Source: a virus (taxonomy: Duplodnaviria; Caudoviricetes). From it: a DNA stretch of 64,000 nucleotides. The stretch lies in IMG/VR virus record IMGVR_UViG_3300042361_000498. One strand, written 5' to 3'. The notes beneath the pieces are model-generated. The model did no database searches. It was not told the origin of the DNA and was given only the letters and a program-made list of their open reading frames with translations. This document shows, in pieces, positions 44,759 through 54,223 of this stretch; positions within the stretch are counted from its first letter, which is position 1, and every line of letters starts with the position of its first letter. The position numbers and the translations under genes are program-made.

Positions 44759-47242
44759 ATGAGGAAACTACTTTTATTATTAACGTTACTAATTCCTACA
44801 ATATCCTTTTCACAAACCTTATCGGGTAAAACAAAATCAAATAAAGAAGAACTCATTGGAGTTACAATTTGGCTAACTAACAAAGATACAAATAAAAAAG
44901 TTGGAAGTACATCTGATATTGAATCCAAATATCAATTCCAAAATGTAGTAGTTGGAAACTATTCAATTAAAGCATCATTTGTTGGATATAAAGAATACAC
45001 AAAAGATATTACAATTAATGGAGATACCAATTTAGATATCCTAATTGAAGAAGATACAAAGGTATTGCAAGAAGTTGTGGTAAAGCAAGTAGCAAAGAAA
45101 GAAACTGCAACTGCACTTATCAATACACTTAAAGCATCTTACATTGTAGCAGATGGTTTATCAATTGAATCAATAAAGAAAACACCAGATAGAACTGTTG
45201 GAGATGCACTTAAAAGAGTTAGTGGTGTAACAATCCAAAACGATAAGTTTGTTTTAGTTAGAGGTTTAGCTGATAGATACAACTTGGCTCTACTAAACAA
45301 ATCAATCCTACCATCAACCGAACCTGATAGAAGAGCATTCTCATTTGATATTATCCCAACATCACTAATAGATAATATCATCATCAACAAAGGAGCATCT
45401 GCAAACCTACCCGGTGATTTCGCAGGAGGTTTAGTACAAATAACAACAAAAGAAGTTAGTGGTGATTTCTTTAATATATCATTGGGGGGCAGTTGGGGTT
45501 CACTATCAACGGGACAGGATTTTAGGTTGGTAGACGCTATACAATTCCCAACATCATTTCCATCAACAAATGGATATAGAATTGCGGGATTAGGTGATAG
45601 AAGAGCATACACTAAACTAATAGGTTCTCCGCAAACCGAAACATCAACATCTATTCCAAACTTAAATGGTAACTTATCATTTGGTGTTGTTAAAAACAAA
45701 TGGAACATCTTATTCAGTTCAACTGCAAGAAACACATACTCTGCCAACACAACTAAAAGAATTGATTACCAATCATCAACTGAATTAGCATACAACTATA
45801 AAGACCAGAACTATTCAAATGTACAATCATTAAATGGATTATTAAATATAGTTTATTTAGGTGAGAATCGTTATAGTTGGAAAACACTTGCTAACTACCA
45901 AAACGAAAAATCATTTTTAAGTAGAGTTGGTGAGAACTACGATAATGTTCAGTATGTAGATAGTAAATCATCCAACTCAATTCAAAAGTTAGTATTCAAT
46001 ACACAATTCGAAGGTAAGTTTAAAACATTTGATTTTAATTTAGGATACAATCTTATGTTAAGAGACCAGCCCGATTATAGAGTAACACCTTACATATCAT
46101 CTTTATATACAACAACTCCTTACTCAATAGCATGGAGAGACACGTATCGTTTTTGGAGTGTAATGGATGAAAACTCATTCAATGGGGGATTGAACAAATC
46201 CATAGGAGATGTTCGTTTAGGAGTGGGTTACTTGAAGAAATTTAGAAACTTCAAAGCAAGAATATTCAGATACGAATCAACTGATTTATTAAATGAGATT
46301 ACAAACAATACTGATAGATATACTGCCGATTTTGATTTGGCAAATGCATATGTGATGTATGAAAAAGAAATTGATAAATTAAAAATAAACACAGGTTTTA
46401 GAACGGAATACAATTTATTTAAAGTTCAAACATCTGATTTTGGTGGACAACGGATTTCAGTAGATAGAGAGTATTTGGATTTACTACCATCATTAAACGC
46501 AACCTATTCTACATCGGAAAAAAAAAAGGTTAGATTATCCGTAAGTAAAACATTAGCAAGACCAGAGTTTAGAGAGGTAGCTAATTTTGCATATTATGAT
46601 TTTGTTAGAAACGCACAACTATTAGGAAATCCAAACTTACAAAAAACGGATATATTCAATTCAGATATAAAGTTTGAGTTGTATCCTAAATCAGGTGAGA
46701 ACATATCAATCGGTTTCTTTGGTAAAAAGTTCTTCAATCCAATTGAGCAAGTTGTAGCAGATGGTTCAGTTCCATCAAACCTTTTACTAACATATAAAAA
46801 CCCAAAAGAAGCATTGGTATATGGAGTTGAGATTGAACTTCGTAAGAAATTAAATGATTGGATAGATTTATATTCAAACACATCGTTTATCAATTCGGAA
46901 GTACAAATCGGTTCAGTAAAAAGACAATTGCAAGGACAATCAAACTATGTAGTAAATGGTGGATTGAACTTACATAAAAACAACAATACATTCAACATAT
47001 CATACAATAGAGTTGGAGATAGAATATCAGCAGTAGGATTTCAAGGATACCCTGATATATTTGAAAACTCTCGTGATGTAGTTGATATTGTTATTCTTCG
47101 TAAAATTAAAAACGGAGAAATTAAATTAGCAGTATCGGATATATTCAGACAACCATTTGAGTATTATCAAAAACCAAATAGAACTTTAATTAAAACAAAC
47201 AACGAAACAACAGTTTCACTAACACTAAATTACAACCTATGA
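44759..47242 (+). CDS. TonB-dependent receptor
   Basis: Signal peptide; TPDRTVGDALKRVSGV...VRGLADRYN...LPSTEPDRRAFSFDIIP; LARPEFRE; terminal LNYNL. Confidence 0.92.
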   Translation: MRKLLLLLTLLIPTISFSQTLSGKTKSNKEELIGVTIWLTNKDTNKKVGSTSDIESKYQFQNVVVGNYSIKASFVGYKEYTKDITINGDTNLDILIEEDTKVLQEVVVKQVAKKETATALINTLKASYIVADGLSIESIKKTPDRTVGDALKRVSGVTIQNDKFVLVRGLADRYNLALLNKSILPSTEPDRRAFSFDIIPTSLIDNIIINKGASANLPGDFAGGLVQITTKEVSGDFFNISLGGSWGSLSTGQDFRLVDAIQFPTSFPSTNGYRIAGLGDRRAYTKLIGSPQTETSTSIPNLNGNLSFGVVKNKWNILFSSTARNTYSANTTKRIDYQSSTELAYNYKDQNYSNVQSLNGLLNIVYLGENRYSWKTLANYQNEKSFLSRVGENYDNVQYVDSKSSNSIQKLVFNTQFEGKFKTFDFNLGYNLMLRDQPDYRVTPYISSLYTTTPYSIAWRDTYRFWSVMDENSFNGGLNKSIGDVRLGVGYLKKFRNFKARIFRYESTDLLNEITNNTDRYTADFDLANAYVMYEKEIDKLKINTGFRTEYNLFKVQTSDFGGQRISVDREYLDLLPSLNATYSTSEKKKVRLSVSKTLARPEFREVANFAYYDFVRNAQLLGNPNLQKTDIFNSDIKFELYPKSGENISIGFFGKKFFNPIEQVVADGSVPSNLLLTYKNPKEALVYGVEIELRKKLNDWIDLYSNTSFINSEVQIGSVKRQLQGQSNYVVNGGLNLHKNNNTFNISYNRVGDRISAVGFQGYPDIFENSRDVVDIVILRKIKNGEIKLAVSDIFRQPFEYYQKPNRTLIKTNNETTVSLTLNYNL

Positions 47243-48441
47243 AAAAATTATTAGTATTGTTCGCAAGTTTAACAATCTTTGGATGTTCTAAAGATTTGGG
47301 TGGAGAAGTTACACCAATCAATGTACCAACCTCAACAACTTTGAGTGGTAATATCACATCAACTACAACTCTTACATCGGATAAAGAGTGGGTATTAAAA
47401 GGATATGTTTATGTAACCGATGGTGCTAAAGTTATCATTCAACCTGGCACAATTATCAAATCTGATATAAGTGAGAAAGGTGCATTGTGTATTGAAAGAG
47501 GAGCACAAATTGTAGCAGAAGGTACTGCATCAAAACCAATCATATTTACATCTGGTAGACCCGCAGGAGAAAGAACTCCCGGTGATTGGGGTGGTATTGT
47601 AATATTGGGTAGAGCAAAAACCAATAGAACATCCGAACCAACTATCGAAGGTGGTATTGGTAGAGCATATGGTGGAACAAACGATTTAGATAATAGTGGT
47701 ATCTTAAAATATGTTCGTATTGAATACGCTGGTATTGCGGCAATGCCAAACTCTGAAATCAACGCATTAACATTGGGTGGTGTTGGTAGTGGAACAATCA
47801 TTGAGAATGTTCAAACTATCTACGCTAACGATGATGCATTTGAGTTCTTTGGTGGAACTGTAAATGCAAAAAACTTATACGCATATGGAACTGCGGATGA
47901 TGATTTTGATTTTGATTTTGGATATAGAGGTAAAGTATCTAATTCAGTTTCTAAAAGAGACCCACAATTTGTAGATAATGGTGATGCAGGAAATGGTGTA
48001 GAGTGTGATAATGATGGTACAGGTTCATCAGCAGAACCATTCACACATCCTATATTAGATGGTGTAATTTTAATTGGACCAAATGATGCAGCATCTTTAC
48101 CAAACCATAATTTAGCAATGAGATGGAGAAGAGCAACTCAATTTGAGGTTTACAATTCTACAATCATTGGATATATGAAAGGTGGGTTCTCAATGGAAAG
48201 TAACGAAACTGCACAATTCTACAAAGATGGTGTAAGTAAATTTCAGAACAACAAAATTGGTTCATTTAATTTATTAAACTTTATCAGTAAAGCAACTACT
48301 ATTATTACATCTGATGCGGTTAAAACAAAGGCGTTGAGTGAGGGTAATACTGAAATAACTTTAACTGCTAGTGAAATAGAAACTTTATCTAAACCAAATT
48401 GGACGAATGGTTGGACAAAATTCCCAACAAAAGGAAATTAA
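47239..48441 (+). CDS. Surface lipoprotein with beta-helix repeats, partner of the TBDR
   Basis: IFGC lipobox; PGDWGGIVILG; SGILKYVRIEYAG; DDAFEFFGG; DDDFDFDFGY. Confidence 0.85.
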   Translation: MKKLLVLFASLTIFGCSKDLGGEVTPINVPTSTTLSGNITSTTTLTSDKEWVLKGYVYVTDGAKVIIQPGTIIKSDISEKGALCIERGAQIVAEGTASKPIIFTSGRPAGERTPGDWGGIVILGRAKTNRTSEPTIEGGIGRAYGGTNDLDNSGILKYVRIEYAGIAAMPNSEINALTLGGVGSGTIIENVQTIYANDDAFEFFGGTVNAKNLYAYGTADDDFDFDFGYRGKVSNSVSKRDPQFVDNGDAGNGVECDNDGTGSSAEPFTHPILDGVILIGPNDAASLPNHNLAMRWRRATQFEVYNSTIIGYMKGGFSMESNETAQFYKDGVSKFQNNKIGSFNLLNFISKATTIITSDAVKTKALSEGNTEITLTASEIETLSKPNWTNGWTKFPTKGN

Positions 48442-48510
48442 ATGATAACAATAATATAACAATAGAAAGAATATAATTGTGATATTTATATATACAAACT
48501 AAACAAATAA

Positions 48511-49551
48511 ATGTCATCCTCAAAAACCCTGTTTATATTAAAAAGAAAACAAAACTATAATCTTTCAACCGATTATAGTATTGGTTTAAGTACCGGCCTG
48601 TACAATTCAGCTCAATTTATGAATCAAATGCTATTAGATGGCGGGTTTGATTCTCAAATGGTAGTTGTAAATGATAATAACGATATAGATAGAGAAGTAA
48701 CTCTACACAAACCAACCCACGTTATTATTGAAGCTCTTTGGGTTGTTCCATCTAAATTCGAAGTTCTTTGCAAATTACATCCAAACGTTAAATGGGTAAT
48801 TCGCTTACATAGCGAAATACCATTTTTAGCAAATGAAGGAATGGCAATGGATTGGATTGGGGAATATAGTAAATTTGATAATATTATTATTTCTTGCAAC
48901 TCACCACAAACTACCAAAGATATTGAGTTTTATATGAGTACAAAATTAGGTATTAAAAAACATATAGATTTTTTACCAAATTTTTATCCACAACAATACA
49001 AAACTAAATCATTCAATAAGAAAGGTGATACGATTCACATAGGATGTTTTGGTGCAATTAGACCTCTAAAAAATCATCTTATACAAGCATTTGCAGCAAT
49101 TAAGTTTGCAGATGAAATTGGTAAAAAATTACATTTCCATATCAATTGCGATAGAGTTGAACAAAAAGGAGAACCAATATTAAATAACTTAATAAGTATG
49201 TTCAATCATTTGGAACATAAAGGTCATAAGTTAGTTCATCATGAGTGGAGTGTTAGAGAGCAATTTATTCAATTATGTTCTACGATGGATATTGGAATTC
49301 AGATATCATTTAATGAAACTTTTAATATTGTAGGAGCTGATATAGTTTCACAAGGAGTTCCTTTGGTATCTTCACCTGAAATCCCTTGGGCTAATTCATT
49401 ATTTACTGCAAGACAAACTAATACTGATGATATTGTAGATTCACTATTATGTACTTACGCATATCCAAAAATAAATGTATTATTAAATCAAAGGGGTCTT
49501 GAAAAATATACAAATAAAACAAAACATATTTGGTTTAAGTTTTTCAAATGA
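48511..49551 (+). CDS. Glycosyltransferase (GT-B, GT4-like)
   Basis: GCFGAIRPLKNHL; SFNETFNIVGAD. Confidence 0.7.
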   Translation: MSSSKTLFILKRKQNYNLSTDYSIGLSTGLYNSAQFMNQMLLDGGFDSQMVVVNDNNDIDREVTLHKPTHVIIEALWVVPSKFEVLCKLHPNVKWVIRLHSEIPFLANEGMAMDWIGEYSKFDNIIISCNSPQTTKDIEFYMSTKLGIKKHIDFLPNFYPQQYKTKSFNKKGDTIHIGCFGAIRPLKNHLIQAFAAIKFADEIGKKLHFHINCDRVEQKGEPILNNLISMFNHLEHKGHKLVHHEWSVREQFIQLCSTMDIGIQISFNETFNIVGADIVSQGVPLVSSPEIPWANSLFTARQTNTDDIVDSLLCTYAYPKINVLLNQRGLEKYTNKTKHIWFKFFK

Positions 49552-49579
49552 TATTTATAGTTATAAAATAATTATAGCT

Positions 49580-50389
49580 ATGAAACAAATATTATTATTT
49601 TTTTTGTTATTACCAACATTATTGTTAGGGCAGATATCCTCTTGGAGAAGTGGTGCAACAACCGCACCACAACAAAGGAGTAGTGTAAATGTACCATCCA
49701 ATAGAGAATACTCACAACCAAATCGTAATGATAATGTGAGTAGATGGAGAAGTACACCACAATATAGGCAATATCCAAACACACCATATTTTCGTAATAG
49801 AGAAGTTTGGGTAGGTGGGATGTACCCTTGGTTTAATGGATTTGGATATTACAATATGTATCCATATTATTTCTATGATGATTTTGGATATAGACAAAGA
49901 GGTAGAGTTCGTATCTATAACGATGGTAAGAGGGATACTATAAGTGTTAAACCAATGCGTTGGGCATTTGGTTTACAAACATCAAAAGGTAATCAAATTG
50001 GTGGTTGGTTGGCAATAGGACATGTAAACTATGTCTTATTAGAATACCAGCAAACAAATCAAATACATTCAGCATCTTATTTCCCACTTGGACATTTAGG
50101 TATTGTTGATTTTCCATTAGTAGAAGATTGGATATCTAACAAAGTATTCTACGCAGGTATTGGTAAGAGGTATGGTAGAAACGGAATGCACATATCTTTG
50201 GGTTTGGGAAATGAAGAAGTAAGATTTCAGGGAAAAGATAAAATAGGATACATAACATTCCCAAAATATAATTCGGACTTTATGACAATGAAATTTGGTA
50301 TAATACACGACTTCAAATATGTTACTCTTAAATTAGATTATGACCCTATACGAAGAAATGGTATTGTTGGGGCTGGTATAAATCTGTAA
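49580..50389 (+). CDS. Exported protein with Arg/Tyr-rich N-terminus and C-terminal beta-barrel
   Basis: ATG 49580 after the late motif; signal peptide; terminal GAGINL. Confidence 0.65.
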   Translation: MKQILLFFLLLPTLLLGQISSWRSGATTAPQQRSSVNVPSNREYSQPNRNDNVSRWRSTPQYRQYPNTPYFRNREVWVGGMYPWFNGFGYYNMYPYYFYDDFGYRQRGRVRIYNDGKRDTISVKPMRWAFGLQTSKGNQIGGWLAIGHVNYVLLEYQQTNQIHSASYFPLGHLGIVDFPLVEDWISNKVFYAGIGKRYGRNGMHISLGLGNEEVRFQGKDKIGYITFPKYNSDFMTMKFGIIHDFKYVTLKLDYDPIRRNGIVGAGINL

Positions 50390-50419
50390 GTTACACTTTT
50401 TAATCAAAACAGCATATGA

Positions 50420-52024
50420 TTGAAAAAGTTAAAAGTTTTATTAAGTGTATTATTCATATTCTGTCTAGCTTCCAAAGCTAACGGACAAACAACATTTACA
50501 CAAACATTTATAGATAAGTGTACTGGAGAAGTAAAACTCGCCACTACTACTTATGTCAACGGAAGAGCATTTGTATCTTTCTATGACCAAATGAGAGTAT
50601 TTACACCGGATGAAGTTACAAGTGGTGTAATGCAAATGTGGTTACAATCCGTATATGTTGCATATTCAACGCAAGGGTGTGCTACAAACCAGGTAGTACA
50701 ACAAACTATACAACAAACAGTAAACCAAGCAGTTCAGCAGGCAGCAGCTCAAGCGGCTCAACAAGCAGCTTCGGCAGCAGCAACACAGGCTGCATCTCAA
50801 GCAGCTTCGGCAGCAGCTTCGCAAGCAGCCTCATCAGCAGCAGCTTCAGCAGCACAATCAGCCGCAAGTTCAGCTGCATCATCTGCCGCTTCTTCTGCAG
50901 CAAGTTCAGCTGCAAGTTCAGCTGCATCATCTGCCGCTTCTTCTGCGGCTAGTGGAGCGGCTTCATCGGCAGCTGGTTCTGCCGTTAGTGGAGCAGCAGC
51001 TTCGGCAGCTGGTGCCGCAGTACCACCACCCCCACCAACCCCATCCGCACCTGCTCCTTCTGCTTCGGCTCCGTCTGGTGGAGGTTCAACCACACCGGCA
51101 TCAAATAGTTCTTCTGGTGGAGGAAGTGGCGGTAGTAGTTCATCACCAAAAGCAGAAGCAAAAGCAGAAGCTAAAGCTGAAGCAAAAGCAGAAGCTAAAT
51201 CCGAAAGTAAGAGTGAATCTAAATCAGAATCAAAATCCGAAAGTAAGAGTGAGGAAAAGAAAGAAGAAACTAAATCGGAATCTAAAAAAGAAGAGAAGAA
51301 AGAAGAATCTAAAAAGGAGGAAAAGAAAGAGGAGAAAAAAGAAGAAAAGAAAAAAGAAAAAATAGCACCAATAAATCCATTATTATTAGCATCGGATTTA
51401 AGTGTAGTAGAATCATCTCCATCTAAATTTGATGCTATCTTAACAACCGGTGTATCTCGTTCATCAATGGCTGGGGATGAAAGTTATTCAGCAACATCTA
51501 TGATATGGAGTAACTTAAAACAATTTGCAGTAAGTGGTGGTTATACTAAAATGAACTTTAAAGATGGCTCATTGAATTCTATGAACTCATACTCCGTAAC
51601 TGGAGCATATCTAAATAGAACCTATATGAGTTTGGTTGGATTGACCGTAATTATACCAAACCCAAATATTGGTGTATATGGATATAATGTTGGTTTAGTT
51701 AATTTATTCTCACCAAAAGCAGATGGTGGATATGGATATAGTGTAAGTAATTCTGGTGTTGTATTTTGGACTAAACCATATCAAACTACAAAAAAACTAA
51801 CTCTTTCACCACAAATATTTACAATGTTACCTGGTGGTAGTTGGGATACAACTAACGGAGAATTCACTTATAGTTCTGATGTTGGGTTTTTATTGGGTAC
51901 TTCAATTGATTACAAAATCAGTAAACGTTTTGGATTTAGTTTTAATTACAAAATCAATACGTCTACTGCTGCAGGGGCTCCGATATTAAGTAACTTTTTA
52001 ATTGGTTCTAGATTGATGCTTTAA
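50420..52024 (+). CDS. Exported protein: Cys-pair N-domain, Ala/Ser/Gln stalk, Pro and K/E linkers, C-terminal beta-barrel
   Basis: Signal peptide; SSAA, KAEA, KSES, KKEE repeats; barrel homologous to 39334. Confidence 0.75.
   Translation: MKKLKVLLSVLFIFCLASKANGQTTFTQTFIDKCTGEVKLATTTYVNGRAFVSFYDQMRVFTPDEVTSGVMQMWLQSVYVAYSTQGCATNQVVQQTIQQTVNQAVQQAAAQAAQQAASAAATQAASQAASAAASQAASSAAASAAQSAASSAASSAASSAASSAASSAASSAASSAASGAASSAAGSAVSGAAASAAGAAVPPPPPTPSAPAPSASAPSGGGSTTPASNSSSGGGSGGSSSSPKAEAKAEAKAEAKAEAKSESKSESKSESKSESKSEEKKEETKSESKKEEKKEESKKEEKKEEKKEEKKKEKIAPINPLLLASDLSVVESSPSKFDAILTTGVSRSSMAGDESYSATSMIWSNLKQFAVSGGYTKMNFKDGSLNSMNSYSVTGAYLNRTYMSLVGLTVIIPNPNIGVYGYNVGLVNLFSPKADGGYGYSVSNSGVVFWTKPYQTTKKLTLSPQIFTMLPGGSWDTTNGEFTYSSDVGFLLGTSIDYKISKRFGFSFNYKINTSTAAGAPILSNFLIGSRLML
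50735..51360 (+). repeat. Low-complexity in-frame repeats (QAA/SSAA, KAEA, KSES, KKEE)
   Basis: Read directly. Confidence 0.85.
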
Positions 52025-52161
52025 GAAATAACTTCTTTATCTATATGTAGAGGTTCAGTATGTTGTCTTTGTTTTCTAACACCATAATGAGTTGTTGTTT
52101 TAGCAATTGTAGCTCCTAAAGAACCACAAATTAGAATTATTGTAATTAATAAATTTATCAT
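52021..52161 (-). CDS. Small membrane peptide (46 aa, MINLLITIILICGSLG...)
   Basis: Read manually on the minus strand. Confidence 0.45.
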   Translation of the reverse strand: MINLLITIILICGSLGATIAKTTTHYGVRKQRQHTEPLHIDKEVIS

Positions 52162-52343
52162 TTTTTTGTATTATTTGTATTGTTTTATCACTTTTCTAAT
52201 ATAAGTATTGGAAAAATACTAAAAATATAATAAAAATAGGATTTTCCCAATAAGTTGAAAAAGGTTCTTTATATAATACAAAAATATTATAATTTTATTG
52301 ATTATTAAGTATTTAATATTTATTGGTGTAAAAAATATACATT

Positions 52344-52970
52344 ATGAACACGTTTCTTAAATTAGGTGTAATCGTTATAGCAATCGCAGTTGGGATATTT
52401 ATATTCCGTGAATGTTCTTCATCGGATACACCGGGTGAAACTGTGAATGTGGATGGTAAAAAATATGAGTTGATAAAACACAAAATTGATACTTTTGTTG
52501 TTGAGCATACTCAAATTAAATATAAAAGAGGACAGGATATCTACCACGAAACAATTGTGGAAAAAGAGAAAAGAGTAGAAGTACCAATTTATATTAAAGC
52601 TGATAGTGAAAGAATTGTCAGAGAGTATCATCAAAAAGTTTTGTATAAAGATAAGTTAGTATTAGATAATGATTTGGGAACAATTGAATTAACCGATACT
52701 ATATCTATGAATAAAATTATTGGTAGAAAGTGGAACGCTCAAATAAGGGAAAGAACCATAACTGATACCAAAATAGTAAAAGAGTTACCAAAGAATCAGA
52801 TTTACGTTGGAGCACAAACTATAATTGGAAATTCGAATGTATTGGTTGGTCCACAACTTACATTGAAAACTAAAAAAGATAATATGTATGGTGCCGGAAT
52901 GTTAATTGATGGTGATGGTAAAAAGTACTTAGGAGTTTCAGTTGGTTGGAAAATTAGACTTAAAAAATAA
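52344..52970 (+). CDS. Membrane-anchored protein with C-terminal beta strands (spanin-like candidate)
   Basis: N-terminal TM; terminal YLGVSVGWKIRLKK. Confidence 0.55.
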   Translation: MNTFLKLGVIVIAIAVGIFIFRECSSSDTPGETVNVDGKKYELIKHKIDTFVVEHTQIKYKRGQDIYHETIVEKEKRVEVPIYIKADSERIVREYHQKVLYKDKLVLDNDLGTIELTDTISMNKIIGRKWNAQIRERTITDTKIVKELPKNQIYVGAQTIIGNSNVLVGPQLTLKTKKDNMYGAGMLIDGDGKKYLGVSVGWKIRLKK

Positions 52971-52971
52971 A

Positions 52972-53778
52972 ATGCTCAACGAGTGTATCATTGTATCGAA
53001 AGAAGTTGGTGATAAGTTTATCTTAGCAAAGAATAGAGATAGAGCTTACAAACCAAAATTAGAAATTATCCACACTATCATAAATGGTGTGGAAGTTGCA
53101 TACATTCACGATATGATTACCGATTGGAGTGAAGGTATGAATGAGTTTGGAATTGGTATTGTGAATTCAGCTCTAATGGTGGGTCACGATGAGGCAGAAG
53201 CAAAGTTAGTAAAGAAGAGTGGTAAACCATCCAAAGATGGGAAAAAGATTAGAACTGCACTTTCACAAAAAACTTTAAGAGAAGCAATCAAAGCAGCAGT
53301 ATTAACCGATGGTGGTGTTAATGGACATACATTTGTTTCATCCCCAAGGTATATGGTTAGTATTGAGAAAACATCAAAACATAAACCTAATATTATTTTA
53401 CATAATATGGAAAATCCAGTTGTTCGTACAAATCACGGACATATGTTTACTAATGCTGGATACACACATGGAGAAAAATACTTATCATCTAAAATGAGAA
53501 AAATATCGGCTGAAAAATCAGTTGATAAAGTTGAAGATTGGAAAGAGATTGCAAATGCAATGAGAAAAGAATTCTTTCCAAAACAATCTCAACTTAATAT
53601 GGCAAGAAAAGCCAAAGAGATGTTCACATCATCTCAAACTGTACTTAACCTTACTGATAGAATATTACAAGTAGAATATTTTACTGATAACGTTGAGGAA
53701 TTTGTTGGTATAACTAATAAGTTACCAAAGGACTACAAAGCTAAAATTAGTATTGTGGTTAAACCAATTCAATCCTAA
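52972..53778 (+). CDS. Ntn-hydrolase-like protein (C45/NRDE-like)
   Basis: CIIV...ILAKNRDR; EGMNEFGIGIVNS; RTNHG; start moved to ATG 52972. Confidence 0.7.
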   Translation: MLNECIIVSKEVGDKFILAKNRDRAYKPKLEIIHTIINGVEVAYIHDMITDWSEGMNEFGIGIVNSALMVGHDEAEAKLVKKSGKPSKDGKKIRTALSQKTLREAIKAAVLTDGGVNGHTFVSSPRYMVSIEKTSKHKPNIILHNMENPVVRTNHGHMFTNAGYTHGEKYLSSKMRKISAEKSVDKVEDWKEIANAMRKEFFPKQSQLNMARKAKEMFTSSQTVLNLTDRILQVEYFTDNVEEFVGITNKLPKDYKAKISIVVKPIQS

Positions 53779-53829
53779 CTTTTTATAGTTTAGATATTTA
53801 TATACAAACAATATATAAATAGAATTACT

Positions 53830-54222
53830 ATGTCAACCGAATTCGAATTATTCAAAGGTAAAACATTAGGTTCACTTTTTGAGGATATCTATAATAACCA
53901 AACACAAAAGAAAGCCAAAATATCCGAACTAATCATTGAACTAAAAAAAATGGTTAGGCATGCTGGGGATATGGCTGTTATAGGTCCTTTAATTAGAGAC
54001 CTTATAGATACTTCCGTTAAGAATGATGACCAATTAGTTAAATTAGCAAACCTTGCTCAAAAACTAATAGCATCGGAAAAGAAATCGGAGGGTGATGATG
54101 GATTCCTTTCAGCATTTGAAAAAGAACAACTACTTAAAGATATTGAAGATACTCAATTGGAATTAGAAAGAGTTGATGAATTGGAAAACGAAATAGAAGA
54201 ACTTAAACTAAAAGTAAAATAA
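53830..54222 (+). CDS. Conserved helical hypothetical protein
   Basis: After the late motif at 53794. Confidence 0.65.
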   Translation: MSTEFELFKGKTLGSLFEDIYNNQTQKKAKISELIIELKKMVRHAGDMAVIGPLIRDLIDTSVKNDDQLVKLANLAQKLIASEKKSEGDDGFLSAFEKEQLLKDIEDTQLELERVDELENEIEELKLKVK

Positions 54223-54223
54223 A

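Noticed and set aside
15692-48441. Host-chromosome contamination as the source of the TBDR and envelope genes
   Set aside because: They are interleaved with phage genes, share the phage's tight packing and late motif, and composition looks uniform; read-level confirmation is still desirable
50638-51365. Several overlapping alternative-frame and antisense ORFs
   Set aside because: Shadows of the low-complexity stalk of 50420-52024
1853-52972. Long N-terminal extensions in the track (279, 1853, 5592, 10876, 12112, 13412, 21012, 21941, 27102, 27883, 29954, 49499, 52942)
   Set aside because: They run through promoters, leaders or upstream genes; downstream ATGs fit promoter position and family starts
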